NCBI RefSeq assembly: GCF_036563305.1
Contig: NZ_DATCMQ010000006.1
Span: 268,233-332,232, forward strand
Reading direction: 5' to 3'
DNA from: Noviherbaspirillum sp.
GTDB taxonomy: Bacteria > Pseudomonadota > Gammaproteobacteria > Burkholderiales > Burkholderiaceae_D
Length of the DNA stretch: 64,000 nt
Numbering within the stretch: position 1 is the first letter of the stretch; every line of letters starts with the position of its first letter. Under the pieces are notes generated by a model. It was not told the DNA's origin, made no database searches, and saw only the letters and a list, made by a program, of their open reading frames with translations. Below, in pieces: positions 1 through 12,264 of the stretch. A program made the translations under genes and the position numbers.

Positions 1-1
1 G

Positions 2-1228
<1,227 letters not shown>

Positions 1229-1236
1229 GCGTACCG

Positions 1237-1806
1237 ATGATGGATGCGAACATGACAGACAAGGTGAACGAGATGTCGACCGAAAAGGACTTGTGGGTCT
1301 CCTGGGACGATTACATCCGCGCGATCGTCGGCCTCGCCCGCATGGTTCACGAGTCCGGCTGGCAGTTTGATCAGGTGTTGTGCCTGGCTCGGGGCGGCCT
1401 GCGGCCGGGCGACATCTTCTCCCGGATCTTCGATGTGCCGCTGGCAATTCTCTCGACCAGCTCCTACCGCGAGGATGCCGGCACGACGCGCGGCTCACTG
1501 GATATTGCCAAGCACATCACGATGACCAAGGGGGCATTGTCCGGCAAGATCCTGCTGCTGGACGACCTCGTGGATTCCGGGGTGACGCTGGAGAAGGTGC
1601 AGGGCCATCTGAAGGAGCATTTCCCTGCGGTGACCGAGGTCCGATCCGCGGTCATCTGGTGCAAGGCCTGTTCCTCGGTGCGGCCCGACTACTACCTACA
1701 GTATCTGCCGACGAATCCCTGGATCCACCAGCCATTCGAGGAGTACGACAGCCTCCGTCCGCACCAGCTCGCCGCCTGGTTGAAGAAGGGCGAAAGCAGC
1801 ATGTAG
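1237..1806 (+). CDS. Phosphoribosyltransferase (xanthine/hypoxanthine-guanine PRT-like)
   Basis: ATG at 1237 lies just after the purA stop. A PRPP-binding motif ILLLDDLVDSGVTL is present. The longer ORF from 967 overlaps purA and is unlikely to be real. Confidence 0.8.
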   Translation: MMDANMTDKVNEMSTEKDLWVSWDDYIRAIVGLARMVHESGWQFDQVLCLARGGLRPGDIFSRIFDVPLAILSTSSYREDAGTTRGSLDIAKHITMTKGALSGKILLLDDLVDSGVTLEKVQGHLKEHFPAVTEVRSAVIWCKACSSVRPDYYLQYLPTNPWIHQPFEEYDSLRPHQLAAWLKKGESSM

Positions 1807-1880
1807 AACTTGCTCTGCATTCCGGACTCAAACCGACCGTTCGGCGTCGGTTGTGCTGAGACTGCGGTAGTGGCACGATC

Positions 1881-1911
1881 AAAAAACCCGTTGCTCGACA
1901 ACGGGTTTTTC
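1881..1911 (+). terminator. Rho-independent terminator after the PRT gene
   Basis: Hairpin aaaaaacccgttg-ctcga-caacgggttttt followed by a T run. Confidence 0.6.
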
Positions 1912-2013
1912 ATTGCACGTGCGTTGGCCGATCGGTGCTGGTGGTCATGACGAGGGAGCGATCAGGGCGCAACGCGCGGTAGCGATCGGCAGGCTGAAAA
2001 GCCGGCGGGGAAA

Positions 2014-2044
2014 AGAAAAAAGGCTCGCAGCTGCGAGCCTTTTT
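2014..2044 (-). terminator. Rho-independent (bidirectional-looking) terminator downstream of tRNA-Leu
   Basis: Perfect hairpin ggctcgcagctgcgagcc flanked by an A run and a T run. Confidence 0.55.
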
Positions 2045-2049
2045 AAACT

Positions 2050-2136
2050 TGGTGCCCAGAAGAGGACTCGAACCTCCACAGTGTTGCCACCGCTAGGACC
2101 TGAACCTAGTGCGTCTACCAATTCCGCCATCTGGGC
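2050..2136 (-). tRNA. tRNA-Leu (anticodon CAG)
   Basis: The reverse complement reads GCCCAGATGGCGGAATTGGTAGACGCACTAGGTTCAGGTCCTAGCGGTGGCAACACTGTGGAGGTTCGAGTCCTCTTCTGGGCACCA. Acceptor stem is GCCCAGA/TCTGGGC, the anticodon loop is TTCAGGT, there is a long variable arm, the T-loop is GGTTCGAGTCC, and CCA is encoded. Confidence 0.95.
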
Positions 2137-2279
2137 TGCGAAAGACAGACATTATATCGGAAAATTTGAGGATGTCAATTCGCAGGTGCAATCATCTGAT
2201 GAAGAGCGCGGTTAGGTAAATGTAACTGTAGTCCGTTACACTAGCTTCCGTATTAATAACAATTTCATTAAAACAGCTT

Positions 2280-4700
2280 TTGAGCCAATTCCAATACAAC
2301 ATTCCCAGCCGTGAGGAAATCCTCGGCATCTTGCGAACTGCGGCCGGCGCGCATGACTTGCAGTCACTGGCAGCCGCTCTCGGCGTCAAGCCGGAGGAGA
2401 TCGATGGCCTCACGCGTCGACTGAACGCGATGGAGCGCGATGGCCAGATCAAGCCCAACCGTAACGGCGAGTATCAGCTCGCGCACCAGACCAGCTTCAT
2501 CGAAGGCCGCGTCAGCGGCCATCGGGAAGGATACGGTTTCCTGATCCCCGACGATGGCGGCGACGACATCTTCCTTCCCGAGAAGGAGATGCAGAAGGTG
2601 CTGCATGGCGACCGCGTGCAGATCCGCATCGTCGGCCTCGACCGCCGCGGCCGGCCCGAGGGCAGCATCGTGGAAGTGCTGGAGCGGGCCAATACTCACG
2701 TCATCGGACGGCTGCTCAATGAAAACGGTGTCTGGGTCGTCGCCCCGGAGGACAAGCGCATCGGCCGTGACATCCTGCTTTCGGGGTCGCCCGGCAAGGC
2801 GAAGCCGGGGCAGGTCGTCACCGTCGAACTGGTCGAGCAGCCCTCGCGCTACACCCAGCCAATCGGCAAGATCGTCGAGGTGCTCGGCGACATCGACGAT
2901 CCGGGCATGGAGATCGAGATCGCGGTGCGCAAGTATGGCGTGCCGCATGAATTCTCCGATGCCGCGGCGAAGCTTGCCGCCAGACTGCCGGGGGAGGTGA
3001 GGGATGCGGACCTGCAGGACCGGGTGGATCTGCGCGATATCCCGCTGGTCACCATCGACGGCGAGGATGCGCGCGATTTCGACGATGCGGTGTACTGCGA
3101 GCCGGTGAAGATCGGGCGTACCAAGGCTTACCGCCTGATTGTGGCGATCGCGGACGTGAGCCACTACGTGAAACCGAATGATGCGCTGGACCAGGACGCC
3201 CTCGAGCGCAGCACCTCGGTCTATTTTCCGCGTCGGGTCATCCCCATGCTGCCGGAAAAGCTGTCCAACGGACTGTGCTCGCTGAATCCCGCGGTGGACC
3301 GGCTCACCCTCGTGTGCGATGCGGTAATCACGAGCAAGGGCGCCATCAAGGCGTACCAGTTCTATCCTGCAGTCATCCATTCGGCGGCGAGGCTGACCTA
3401 TACCGAGGTCGCTGCGATACTGGCCAACACCAAGGGGCCGGAAGCGGCGAAGCGCCACCAGCTGGTGCCGCACCTGCTGCATCTGTACGAAGCCTTCCAG
3501 GCATTGCTGCATGCGCGCCAGGAACGCGGTGCGATCGATTTCGAGACCACCGAGACCTACATTGTCTGCAATGCAGCAGGCAAGATCGAGCAGATCCTGC
3601 CGCGCAGCCGCAACGACGCGCACCGACTGATCGAGGAGTGCATGCTGGCGGCGAACGTGTGCGCGGCAGACCTGCTCGCCCGTCACAAGCATCCCGGTGT
3701 GTACCGCGTGCACGCGGCGCCATCGAAGGAAAAGCTCAACCAGGTTCGGACCTTCCTCAAGCAGATGGGCCTGCACCTCGGCGGCGGGGACACGCCGGTC
3801 GCTTCGGACTACGCGGAACTGATCCCGAAGATCAAGATGCGCCCGGATGCGGTGCTGCTGCAGACCATGCTCCTGCGCTCGATGCAGCAGGCGGTATACA
3901 GCCCCGACAATATCGGCCATTTCGGATTGGCCTACGAAGCATATGCGCATTTCACCAGCCCGATCCGACGCTATCCCGACCTGCTGACGCATCGCGCGAT
4001 CAAGGCGATCCTGCAAGGCAAGCGGTATGAGCCCAAAGGCATCGACATGGGCGCGCTGAACACCATGCTGTCGCCGGCGGCGCGCCGCATGGCCGCAGAG
4101 GACAAGGCGAACGGCAAGAAAAAGAAGGAAGGCGAGCTGGCGGTGTGGGAGGCGCTCGGCATCCATTGTTCCGCCAACGAACGCCGCGCCGATGAGGCGT
4201 CCCGCGACGTCGAGGCCTGGCTGAAATGCTACTTCGTCCGCGACAAGCTGGGCGAGGAGTTTACCGGCACGATTTCCGGCGTCGCGCCGTTCGGCATCTT
4301 CGTGCAGCTCGACACGCTGTTCATCGAAGGGCTGGTGCATGTGACCGAGCTCGGATCGGACTACTTCCAGTACGACGAGGTGCGTCACGAGTTGCGCGGC
4401 GAACGCACCGGCATCCGCTACCAGCTCACCGATCGGGTGACGGTGCAGGTGAGCCGGGTCGATCTCGACGCGCGCAAGATCGACCTGCGCCTGGTGAACG
4501 AGCCTGACATCCGGACCGCCATCAAGAACGAGGCGCGCCGGGCGGAAGCCGGCCAGGCCCGTGAGAAGAAATCGAAGGCGAACGCGCCCGCGCCGACGGT
4601 CAAGTCAACGGCGCGCAAGGCCAAGACGGCGCGCAGCAAGACCGGTTCGGCCTCCAGGAAGGGCGAAGCCTCCGGCAAGGCTGGCAAGAAGAAAAGATAA
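2280..4700 (+). CDS. rnr: Ribonuclease R (3'-5' exoribonuclease)
   Basis: 806 aa with a TTG start. RNB-domain motifs [12 protein letters not shown] and [22 protein letters not shown] are present, followed by a C-terminal S1 domain and a lysine-rich tail. Confidence 0.95.
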   Translation: MSQFQYNIPSREEILGILRTAAGAHDLQSLAAALGVKPEEIDGLTRRLNAMERDGQIKPNRNGEYQLAHQTSFIEGRVSGHREGYGFLIPDDGGDDIFLPEKEMQKVLHGDRVQIRIVGLDRRGRPEGSIVEVLERANTHVIGRLLNENGVWVVAPEDKRIGRDILLSGSPGKAKPGQVVTVELVEQPSRYTQPIGKIVEVLGDIDDPGMEIEIAVRKYGVPHEFSDAAAKLAARLPGEVRDADLQDRVDLRDIPLVTIDGEDARDFDDAVYCEPVKIGRTKAYRLIVAIADVSHYVKPNDALDQDALERSTSVYFPRRVIPMLPEKLSNGLCSLNPAVDRLTLVCDAVITSKGAIKAYQFYPAVIHSAARLTYTEVAAILANTKGPEAAKRHQLVPHLLHLYEAFQALLHARQERGAIDFETTETYIVCNAAGKIEQILPRSRNDAHRLIEECMLAANVCAADLLARHKHPGVYRVHAAPSKEKLNQVRTFLKQMGLHLGGGDTPVASDYAELIPKIKMRPDAVLLQTMLLRSMQQAVYSPDNIGHFGLAYEAYAHFTSPIRRYPDLLTHRAIKAILQGKRYEPKGIDMGALNTMLSPAARRMAAEDKANGKKKKEGELAVWEALGIHCSANERRADEASRDVEAWLKCYFVRDKLGEEFTGTISGVAPFGIFVQLDTLFIEGLVHVTELGSDYFQYDEVRHELRGERTGIRYQLTDRVTVQVSRVDLDARKIDLRLVNEPDIRTAIKNEARRAEAGQAREKKSKANAPAPTVKSTARKAKTARSKTGSASRKGEASGKAGKKKR

Positions 4701-4702
4701 CG

Positions 4703-5440
4703 ATGAAAAGCAAACTGATTTTCGGCTTCCATGCCGTGACGGCGCGGCTGCGCCATGAGGCCTCGTCCGTGGAAGAGATCTACGTGGATGCCGGCCGGCA
4801 CGACCGGCGCATGCAGGACCTGATACGAGCGGCAGAAGATGCCAAGGTAAGGATCATCCATGCGGAGGGCGGTCGCCTGGACGGCATGGCCGGCACGCGC
4901 CGGCACCAGGGGGTCGTGGCGAAAGCCGGAGAACTCTCCCTGGCGCGCAACCTCGACGAACTGCTCGACGCCATCGTCGGGCCGCCGCTGCTGCTGGTGC
5001 TCGACGGCGTGACGGATCCGCACAACCTTGGCGCCTGCCTCCGGGTGGCGGACGGCGCTGGCGCACACGCCGTCATCGCGCCGAAGGACCGGGCCGTCGG
5101 ACTCAACGCGACCGCGGCCAAGGTCGCGAGCGGCGCAGCCGACACCGTGCCGTACATTACCGTGACAAATCTTGCGCGCACCATGCGCGAGCTGAAGGAA
5201 CGGGACATCTGGCTGATCGGTACCGATGACGAGGCGGAGAAGGGTTTGTACGACGCCGATTTCTCCGTCGGCTGCGCGCTGGTCATGGGTTCCGAAGGCG
5301 AAGGGATGCGCCGGCTTACCCGGGAGACGTGCGATCTGCTGGTCAACATACCGATGCTTGGCGCAGTGGAAAGCCTGAACGTGTCGGTCGCTTCCGGCGT
5401 CTGCCTGTACGAGGCCCGTCGTCAACGGATTCCCCGCTGA
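4703..5440 (+). CDS. rlmB: 23S rRNA (guanosine-2'-O)-methyltransferase, SpoU/TrmH family
   Basis: 245 aa, immediately after rnr (the conserved rnr-rlmB pairing). Motifs: [39 protein letters not shown]. Confidence 0.9.
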   Translation: MKSKLIFGFHAVTARLRHEASSVEEIYVDAGRHDRRMQDLIRAAEDAKVRIIHAEGGRLDGMAGTRRHQGVVAKAGELSLARNLDELLDAIVGPPLLLVLDGVTDPHNLGACLRVADGAGAHAVIAPKDRAVGLNATAAKVASGAADTVPYITVTNLARTMRELKERDIWLIGTDDEAEKGLYDADFSVGCALVMGSEGEGMRRLTRETCDLLVNIPMLGAVESLNVSVASGVCLYEARRQRIPR

Positions 5441-5523
5441 CGGCGGTATCGCCCGCGCGGTGCGGCCGTCGCTCGCCACACGCCTGACCGTTCATGCCCT
5501 GATGTCCTGATTCCGTCCCTGCC

Positions 5524-6276
5524 ATGTTCAATCGTCTCCGCGAAGATATCGCCAGCATCATCGAACGCGACCCGGCGGCGCGCAATGCCTGGGAGGTGCT
5601 CACCTGCTATCCCGGCTTGCATGCGATCGTCATGCATCGCTGGGCGCACTGGTGCTGGATGCGGGGGCTGAAGTGGGCCGGGCGGTTCATTTCGCATCTC
5701 GCCCGCGGTGCGACCGGGATCGAGATCCACCCGGGCGCGACCGTTGGCCGCCGCGTCTTCATCGACCACGGGTTCGGCGTCGTGATCGGCGAAACCGCCG
5801 AGGTGGGCGACGACTGTACCATCTACCAGGGTGTGACCCTCGGCGGAACCTCATTGAGCAAGGGCGCGAAGCGCCATCCGACCCTGGGCCGTGGCGCAAT
5901 CATTGGCGCGGGCGCGAAGGTACTTGGCGGGTTCACCGTCGGTGAGGGCGCCAAGGTGGGTTCCAACGCCGTCGTCGTCAGGGAAGTGCCGGCGGGAGCG
6001 ACCGCGGTCGGCAATCCGGCCCATATCGTCCAGAAGGACGCCGGGCGGCAGCGCGAGGAGGCGACGGCGCGCGTTTTCTCCGCATATGGAATCACGCCGG
6101 GTAGCGGAGAGGATCCCCTGGCGACCGCGCTGCATCGGCTGATCGATCATGCGGCGCTGCAGGAGCGTCAGATACTGGGGCTGATGGCGGCGCTCCAGAA
6201 CGCAGGGGTTCGTTGCGACACGGTGCCGAAGACGGACGGGATCGATCCCGAACAATTGAACAAACTGGTTGAATGA
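5524..6276 (+). CDS. cysE: Serine O-acetyltransferase
   Basis: N-terminal SATase helix region ([14 protein letters not shown]) followed by hexapeptide repeats ([44 protein letters not shown]). Confidence 0.93.
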   Translation: MFNRLREDIASIIERDPAARNAWEVLTCYPGLHAIVMHRWAHWCWMRGLKWAGRFISHLARGATGIEIHPGATVGRRVFIDHGFGVVIGETAEVGDDCTIYQGVTLGGTSLSKGAKRHPTLGRGAIIGAGAKVLGGFTVGEGAKVGSNAVVVREVPAGATAVGNPAHIVQKDAGRQREEATARVFSAYGITPGSGEDPLATALHRLIDHAALQERQILGLMAALQNAGVRCDTVPKTDGIDPEQLNKLVE

Positions 6277-7009
6277 GGCGAATGTGACGGACGCAGCGAT
6301 GCAAGGCGAAGCAGCAGACGGACTGGAACTGCTTGACGACTTCGAGGTTCGGGTACTGGGGGTGCTGGCCGAGAAGGAAGGCATCACGCCCGACAGCTAT
6401 CCACTGTCGCTCAATGCGCTCACGGCCGGCTGCAATCAGCTTTCCAGCCGCGATCCCGTGATGTCGATGAGCGAGCAGACTATTACCGCGGTCCTGCAGC
6501 GCCTTGTTCAGCGCAGACTCGTTTCGGAAGTGCGCCAGGCCGGGGCGCGCGTGGCCAAGTATGAACACCGGATGCGGATGAAGTGGTCGCTGGAGCAGGA
6601 CAAGCTTGCGGCGCTCACAGTGTTGATGCTGCGGGGAATACAGACAGCGGGCGAAATCCGAGCACGCTGCGGCCGCCTCCACGACTTCGCCACGGTGGCG
6701 GACGTGGAAACGGCACTGCAATTTTTGATCGACAAGTTTCCTCCGCTGGTCGCTCGCCTGCCGCGGGCGCCCGGCACCAAGGAAGCGCGTTACGCGCATC
6801 TCCTGTCGGGATCGGAGAGGGTGGAGCAGCAGGAGGTGGCCGGCAGCTTTGCTTCGAACCTGGAGCCGGCCGCAGGCGTCTCGCCACCGGCCCGGCCACT
6901 GTCTTCATCCGACCGCGTCGCTGCGCTGGAGACGGAGGTGGCGGCGCTGCGGGCTGAGCTTGAACGCCTCAACGCGCAGTTTGCCGAATTCCGGCGTCAG
7001 TTCGAGTAG
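6269..7009 (+). CDS. YceH-like protein (UPF0502/DUF480)
   Basis: [41 protein letters not shown] matches the YceH N-terminal pattern. The start is uncertain: TTG at 6269 overlaps the cysE stop, and ATG at 6299 is plausible. Confidence 0.8.
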   Translation: MNEANVTDAAMQGEAADGLELLDDFEVRVLGVLAEKEGITPDSYPLSLNALTAGCNQLSSRDPVMSMSEQTITAVLQRLVQRRLVSEVRQAGARVAKYEHRMRMKWSLEQDKLAALTVLMLRGIQTAGEIRARCGRLHDFATVADVETALQFLIDKFPPLVARLPRAPGTKEARYAHLLSGSERVEQQEVAGSFASNLEPAAGVSPPARPLSSSDRVAALETEVAALRAELERLNAQFAEFRRQFE

Positions 7010-7015
7010 TCCTGC

Positions 7016-7819
7016 CTAGGACGCCGCGGTCTCGACCGGGACGTGACGGAACGTCCCGTCGTACTGCAGTGCGAGCCATCCTCCCCGCGCCGGCGTGGCG
7101 TCGCAGTCCCAGTCCGGCAGCACATGGCGTTCACGTTCGCCTTGCGGAGCGGGGTGGCGATGGACCGCCGGCCGATGGGTATGGCCGTGGATCATCGCTT
7201 CCGCGCCGCTCGCCGCGAACAGGTCCTCGATGGCTTCCTGGTTGACGTCCATGATGGCGTAGGATTTCTCGCGCTGCGCCTCGCGGCTGCCGCTGCGCAT
7301 GCCGGCGATGATGGCCTTGCGTTCCGCAAGCGATTTTGCCAGGAATGCGGCCTGCCATCCCGGCTGCCTGACCTGTGCGCGAAACGCCATGTAGCCTGTA
7401 TCGTCCGTGCACTGGGCGTCGCCGTGCACGAGGACCAGCTTGCGCCCGGCCAGCTGCAGGACATGGGGTTCGGACAGCAGTTGCAGGCCGGCGGCTCCGG
7501 CAAAGGCCTCTCCTACAAGGAAGTCGCGGTTACCCGGTATCCAGTACAACTGGACGCCGGCGTCGCTGACCTCACGCAGTGCAGCGACGACCGCAAGGTT
7601 GTACGGATCCTCGATGTCGTCGTCGCCGGCCCAGTATTCAAACAGGTCGCCGAGCAGGTAGAGCCGTTGTGCGCGGCAGGCATGCTTCCGCAGGAAATCG
7701 AGGAAGGCCTGCGTGGTGCGCGGCAGCGCGGGCTGCAGATGGACGTCCGAAACAAAAAGCGCAACCGGGTCGGGTTGCGCATCGCCGCCCGCGGCGGCGG
7801 GCATCTCGTTTGCCGGCAT
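7016..7819 (-). CDS. lpxH: UDP-2,3-diacylglucosamine hydrolase
   Basis: Calcineurin-like metallophosphoesterase motifs: FVSDVHL, LYLLGDLFEYW, IPGNRDFL, VHGD, HGHTHRP. Confidence 0.9.
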   Translation of the reverse strand: MPANEMPAAAGGDAQPDPVALFVSDVHLQPALPRTTQAFLDFLRKHACRAQRLYLLGDLFEYWAGDDDIEDPYNLAVVAALREVSDAGVQLYWIPGNRDFLVGEAFAGAAGLQLLSEPHVLQLAGRKLVLVHGDAQCTDDTGYMAFRAQVRQPGWQAAFLAKSLAERKAIIAGMRSGSREAQREKSYAIMDVNQEAIEDLFAASGAEAMIHGHTHRPAVHRHPAPQGERERHVLPDWDCDATPARGGWLALQYDGTFRHVPVETAAS

Positions 7820-7830
7820 GATTCCCCGTG

Positions 7831-8319
7831 TCAGACGATTTCAGCCTTCTCGATGATGACGTTCTCCTCGGGCACGTCGGCAAACATCCCGGCGCGCGTG
7901 GTCTTCACCGACTTGATCTTGTCCACGACGTCCGTGCCCTCGGTCACCTTGCCGAACACGCAGTAGCCCCAGCCGTCCTGGCCCGGGTAATCGAGGAAGC
8001 TGTTGTTCTTGACGTTGATGAAGAACTGGGCGGTTGCCGAATGCGGCGACGACGTGCGGGCCATTGCCACCGAGTAGGGCTCGTTCTTCAGGCCGTTCTT
8101 CGCTTCATTCTCGACCGGCTCATTGGTCGGCTTCTGCTTCATGCCCGGTTCGAAGCCGCCGCCCTGGATCATGAAGCCGTCGATCACCCGGTGGAAGATC
8201 GTGCCGTCATAGTGCCCTGCGCGAACATAGGCGAGGAAATTTTCCACGGACTTCGGCGCCTTTTCCGCGTCGAGTTCGATCTTGATCTTGCCATGGTTGG
8301 TGGTGAGGATGACTGCCAT
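7831..8319 (-). CDS. ppiB: Peptidyl-prolyl cis-trans isomerase B (cytoplasmic cyclophilin)
   Basis: 162 aa cyclophilin with no signal peptide. Motifs: [33 protein letters not shown]. Confidence 0.9.
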   Translation of the reverse strand: MAVILTTNHGKIKIELDAEKAPKSVENFLAYVRAGHYDGTIFHRVIDGFMIQGGGFEPGMKQKPTNEPVENEAKNGLKNEPYSVAMARTSSPHSATAQFFINVKNNSFLDYPGQDGWGYCVFGKVTEGTDVVDKIKSVKTTRAGMFADVPEENVIIEKAEIV

Positions 8320-8340
8320 GTTGGTTCCTTTTGAGTTGGG

Positions 8341-8940
8341 TTACTTGACGACCGTCGCCGACTGAATGACCACAGGTTGCAGCGGAACGTTCTGGTGCAT
8401 GCCCTTGTTGCCGGTTTTCACGGCCTTGATCTTCTCGACCGTGTCGGCGCCCTTGATCACCTTGCCGAAGACCGCGTAGCCCCAGCCGTCCTGGCCCGGG
8501 TAGTTGAGGAAGCTGTTGTTGCTGACATTGATGAAGAATTGCGCCGTAGCGGAATGCGGATTGCCGGTCCGGGCCATCGCGACGGTGAGGGCGTCGTTCT
8601 TGAGGCCGTTTTTCGCTTCATTTTCGATCGGCGCCTGCGTCGGCTTCTGCGCCATGTCCTGGTCGAAGCCGCCACCCTGGATCATGAAATTGTCCATGAC
8701 GCGATGGAAGATGGTGCCGTTGTAGTGTCCGCTCTTGACGTACTGCAGGAAGTTGGCGACCGACTTCGGCGCCTTCTCCGGGTACAGCTCCAGGACGATC
8801 TCGCCCATGTTCGTCTTCAGCGCCACCTGCGGGTTTTCCGCGGCATGCGCGGCATGGAGGCTGCCGGCGAGCGAGACCGCGGCGAACATTTGCAGGAAAA
8901 GCCTGCGGGTGCAGGAACGGGAGGTGCGGATTGCGGGCAT
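8341..8940 (-). CDS. ppiA: Peptidyl-prolyl cis-trans isomerase A (periplasmic cyclophilin)
   Basis: Cyclophilin core paralogous to ppiB, with an N-terminal signal peptide (MPAIRTS...[11 protein letters not shown]). I prefer ATG at 8940 over the longer ORF start at 9006. Confidence 0.88.
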   Translation of the reverse strand: MPAIRTSRSCTRRLFLQMFAAVSLAGSLHAAHAAENPQVALKTNMGEIVLELYPEKAPKSVANFLQYVKSGHYNGTIFHRVMDNFMIQGGGFDQDMAQKPTQAPIENEAKNGLKNDALTVAMARTGNPHSATAQFFINVSNNSFLNYPGQDGWGYAVFGKVIKGADTVEKIKAVKTGNKGMHQNVPLQPVVIQSATVVK

Positions 8941-9199
8941 GCTGCTTCCTTTGCTCTTTACAGGCGGATAGTGTTTGTGTATCTTCCGTGTCCCTTTTCG
9001 CGGCATCCGGCAGGGCCGACGGGCCGGCGGCGAGGGGAAGTAACGGTGCTATACTGCCGCGAAACTGTGCATTTTATCAAAAGACGCATCGCAAAAGGGT
9101 TTCGGCGAACCGGTATTGTCGTGTCGCCCGCCGCTGTCCGACGGCGGGGGAGCATCGGCACATCGCGTCGCTCGTCTTCAGCCGGAACGACAACTGCTC

Positions 9200-10594
9200 A
9201 TGACCGCCATCAAGATCTACAACACGCTCGCTCGTGACAAGCAGGCTTTTGTGCCCATCCAGCCCGGCAAGGTTCGCATGTACGTGTGCGGGATGACCGT
9301 CTACGATTACTGCCACCTCGGCCATGCACGGGTGATGGTGGTGTTCGACATGGTCCAGCGCTGGCTGCGTGCATCCGGTCTCGACGTCACCTACGTGCGC
9401 AACATCACGGACATCGACGACAAGATCATCCGGCGCGCGGTGGAGAACAACGAGCCGATCGGCAAGCTGACGCAGCGCTTCATCGATGCGATGGACGAGG
9501 ATGCCGCCGCACTCGGCGTGCAAAAGCCCGACCATGAGCCGCGCGCCACCCAGTACGTGCCGCAGATGCTGGGCATTATCGACAAGCTCGAACGCAATGG
9601 GCTCGCCTACAAGGCCGCCGACGGCGACGTCAATTATTCGGTGCGCGATTTTCCCACCTATGGCCGGCTCTCCGGCAAATCGCTGGACGACCTGCGCGCC
9701 GGCGAACGCGTCGAGCGCAACAGCGACAAGCGTGACCCGCTGGACTTCGTGCTCTGGAAGGCCGCGAAGGAATCCGAACCCGACGAAGTCAAATGGGACT
9801 CGCAATGGGGCAAGGGGCGGCCAGGGTGGCATATCGAATGCTCGGCGATGAGCTCGGAACTGCTGGGCGAGCAGTTCGACATCCATGGCGGCGGCGAAGA
9901 CCTGCAATTCCCCCATCACGAGAACGAGATCGCACAGTCGGAAGGCGCGCACGGTCACACCTTCGTGAACTACTGGATGCATAACGGGTTCATCCGCGTG
10001 GACAACGAGAAGATGTCGAAGTCGCTTGGCAACTTCTTCACGATCCGCGATGTGCTGAAGAAGTACGACGCCGAAGTGGTGCGCTTCTTCATCCTCCGCG
10101 CCCACTACCGCAGCCCGCTGAACTATTCGGACGCCCACCTCGACGATGCCAAGCAGTCCCTGGCCAGGCTGTACACGGCGCTCAAGGAAGTCGTGCCCGA
10201 TGACGGCCCGCTGCAGCACGACGAAGAACACGCGCGCCGCTTTGCCGACGCGATGAACGACGATTTCAACACGCCCGTCGCGGTTGCCGTGCTGTTTGAC
10301 CTCGCCAACGAAGTCAATCGCGGCAGGTCGCCGGCGCTGGCGCGCCAGCTCAAGGCGCTCGGCGGCGTCATCGGCCTGCTGCAGCGCGGCCCGCAGGAAT
10401 TCCTGCAGGGCGGCCCCGGTTCTGCCGGCGGCGGCCTCGACGAGAGTGCAATCGCCGCGAAGATCGACGCCCGCGCCGCGGCCAAGAAGGCAAGGAACTT
10501 TGCCGAAGCGGACCGGATCCGGGCGGAGTTGCTTGATGCCGGCGTGGTGCTGGAAGACAAGCCGGGCGGCGTCACCGAGTGGCGCAGGACCTGA
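9200..10594 (+). CDS. cysS: Cysteine--tRNA ligase
   Basis: Starts [10 protein letters not shown]. Class I aaRS HIGH-type motif CHLGHAR and KMSKS motif ([10 protein letters not shown]) are present. The ORF upstream of the ATG at 9200 is not PurA/CysS-like. Confidence 0.95.
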   Translation: MTAIKIYNTLARDKQAFVPIQPGKVRMYVCGMTVYDYCHLGHARVMVVFDMVQRWLRASGLDVTYVRNITDIDDKIIRRAVENNEPIGKLTQRFIDAMDEDAAALGVQKPDHEPRATQYVPQMLGIIDKLERNGLAYKAADGDVNYSVRDFPTYGRLSGKSLDDLRAGERVERNSDKRDPLDFVLWKAAKESEPDEVKWDSQWGKGRPGWHIECSAMSSELLGEQFDIHGGGEDLQFPHHENEIAQSEGAHGHTFVNYWMHNGFIRVDNEKMSKSLGNFFTIRDVLKKYDAEVVRFFILRAHYRSPLNYSDAHLDDAKQSLARLYTALKEVVPDDGPLQHDEEHARRFADAMNDDFNTPVAVAVLFDLANEVNRGRSPALARQLKALGGVIGLLQRGPQEFLQGGPGSAGGGLDESAIAAKIDARAAAKKARNFAEADRIRAELLDAGVVLEDKPGGVTEWRRT

Positions 10595-10598
10595 AGCC

Positions 10599-11249
10599 AT
10601 GACCGCGAGTCCCATGACGAACGGCGGCCCCGGCGTGCCTGCTTACTGGCAGGATGCGAAGGATGAACTGATGCGGCGCGACCGCATCATGCGCAAGCTG
10701 ATACCGCAGTTCGGCGACCTGCACCTGAAAGGACGGGGCGAGGCATTCGTTACGCTGGCGCGCTCCATCGTCGGCCAGCAGATCTCCGTCAAGGCCGCCG
10801 ACGCGGTATGGCAGCGCTTTCTCGCGGTTTGTCCGAAGTGCACGCCGGCGCAGGTCCTGAAGGCCGGGCCGGTGTCGCTCGCCGAATGCGGCTTGTCGAA
10901 AAGAAAAGCCGAATATGTCATCGATCTTGCCGAGCATTTCAAGGCCAAGCGGGTCCAGGCGGAGAAATGGGCGGAGATGGCCGACGAAGAAGTCATCTCG
11001 GAACTGATCCAGATACGGGGAATCGGACGCTGGACAGCAGAGATGTTTTTGATATTTAATCTGCTCCGTCCGAATGTGTTGCCTTTGGATGACCTCGGGT
11101 TATTGAAAGGCATCAGCGTCAATTATTTTTCCGGTGAACCAGTATCGCGCAGCGATGCGCGCGAGGTTGCGGCCAATTGGGAGCCGTGGCGCACGGTCGC
11201 GACCTGGTACCTCTGGCGCAGCCTCGATGCCGCGCCGGTCGTGTACTAA
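10599..11249 (+). CDS. DNA-3-methyladenine glycosylase II-like (HhH-GPD family)
   Basis: ATG at 10599 follows the cysS stop. HhH-GPD signature [30 protein letters not shown] is present. Confidence 0.8.
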   Translation: MTASPMTNGGPGVPAYWQDAKDELMRRDRIMRKLIPQFGDLHLKGRGEAFVTLARSIVGQQISVKAADAVWQRFLAVCPKCTPAQVLKAGPVSLAECGLSKRKAEYVIDLAEHFKAKRVQAEKWAEMADEEVISELIQIRGIGRWTAEMFLIFNLLRPNVLPLDDLGLLKGISVNYFSGEPVSRSDAREVAANWEPWRTVATWYLWRSLDAAPVVY

Positions 11250-11287
11250 GTGCCCCCGGAACCGCGCGTGTTGAACAAGGAGGCACG

Positions 11288-12262
11288 ATGAGCAAGACAA
11301 CTTTCCTCGGTTTCGAACAACCTATCGCCGAACTCGAGGGAAAAATAGAAGAACTGCGCTTTGTACAGGACGACTCCGCCGTCGACATCTCCGAGGAGAT
11401 CGAACGCCTGTCCAAGAAAAGCCAGCAACTTACCAAGGATATCTACGCCAAGCTGACGCCGTGGCAGGTGTCGCAGATCGCGCGCCACCCGCAGCGTCCC
11501 TACACCATGGACTACGTGAACGAGATCTTCACGGACTTCCATGAGCTGCACGGCGACCGCAGCTATGCCGACGATCTCTCCATCGTCGGCGGACTGGCCC
11601 GTTTCAACGGCCAGGCCTGCATGGTGATCGGACATCAGAAGGGCCGCGACACCAAGGAACGCGCGCTGCGCAATTTCGGCATGCCGAAACCGGAGGGCTA
11701 CCGCAAGGCGATGCGCCTCATGAAGCTGGCCGAAAAATTCGGGCTCCCGATCTTCACCTTCGTCGACACACCCGGCGCCTTCCCGGGCATCGACGCCGAA
11801 GAGCGCGGCCAGTCGGAAGCGATCGGCCACAACCTGTACGTGATGGCTGAGCTGAAGGTGCCGCTGATCGCCACCATCATCGGCGAGGGCGGTTCCGGCG
11901 GCGCGCTGGCCATCGCCGTCGGTGACGTCGTGCTGATGCTGCAGTACGCCACCTATTCGGTCATCTCGCCCGAAGGCTGCGCCTCCATTCTCTGGAAGAC
12001 TTCCGAACGTGCGTCGGACGCCGCGGATGCACTTGGCCTTACCGCACACAGGCTGAAGGCGATCAACCTGATCGACAAGATCGTCAACGAGCCTCTCGGT
12101 GGCGCTCACCGCGATCCGAAGCAAATGGCCGTGATGCTCAAGCGCGCACTGGCCGACTCGCTGCGCCAGGTGCAGGGAATGAAGCCGCGCGAACTGATCG
12201 CCGCGCGCCATGAAAAGCTCATGAGCTACGGCAAGTTCAAGGAAATCAATCCGTCGGAATAA
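11288..12262 (+). CDS. accA: Acetyl-CoA carboxylase carboxyltransferase subunit alpha
   Basis: [24 protein letters not shown] start. Motifs [21 protein letters not shown]-like and [11 protein letters not shown] are present. Confidence 0.95.
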   Translation: MSKTTFLGFEQPIAELEGKIEELRFVQDDSAVDISEEIERLSKKSQQLTKDIYAKLTPWQVSQIARHPQRPYTMDYVNEIFTDFHELHGDRSYADDLSIVGGLARFNGQACMVIGHQKGRDTKERALRNFGMPKPEGYRKAMRLMKLAEKFGLPIFTFVDTPGAFPGIDAEERGQSEAIGHNLYVMAELKVPLIATIIGEGGSGGALAIAVGDVVLMLQYATYSVISPEGCASILWKTSERASDAADALGLTAHRLKAINLIDKIVNEPLGGAHRDPKQMAVMLKRALADSLRQVQGMKPRELIAARHEKLMSYGKFKEINPSE

Positions 12263-12264
12263 TC

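Noticed and set aside
2364-4388. 674-aa antisense ORF inside rnr. Similar long antisense or alternative-frame ORFs occur at 9077-10615, 11246-12322, 12361-13536, 13863-15080, 56694-58001, 58590-60446 and 61273-63534.
   Set aside because: Each lies fully opposite or within a gene that has unmistakable family motifs. Their translations are Arg/Ala/Gly/Pro-rich and low in complexity, as expected for stop-poor non-coding frames in high-GC DNA.
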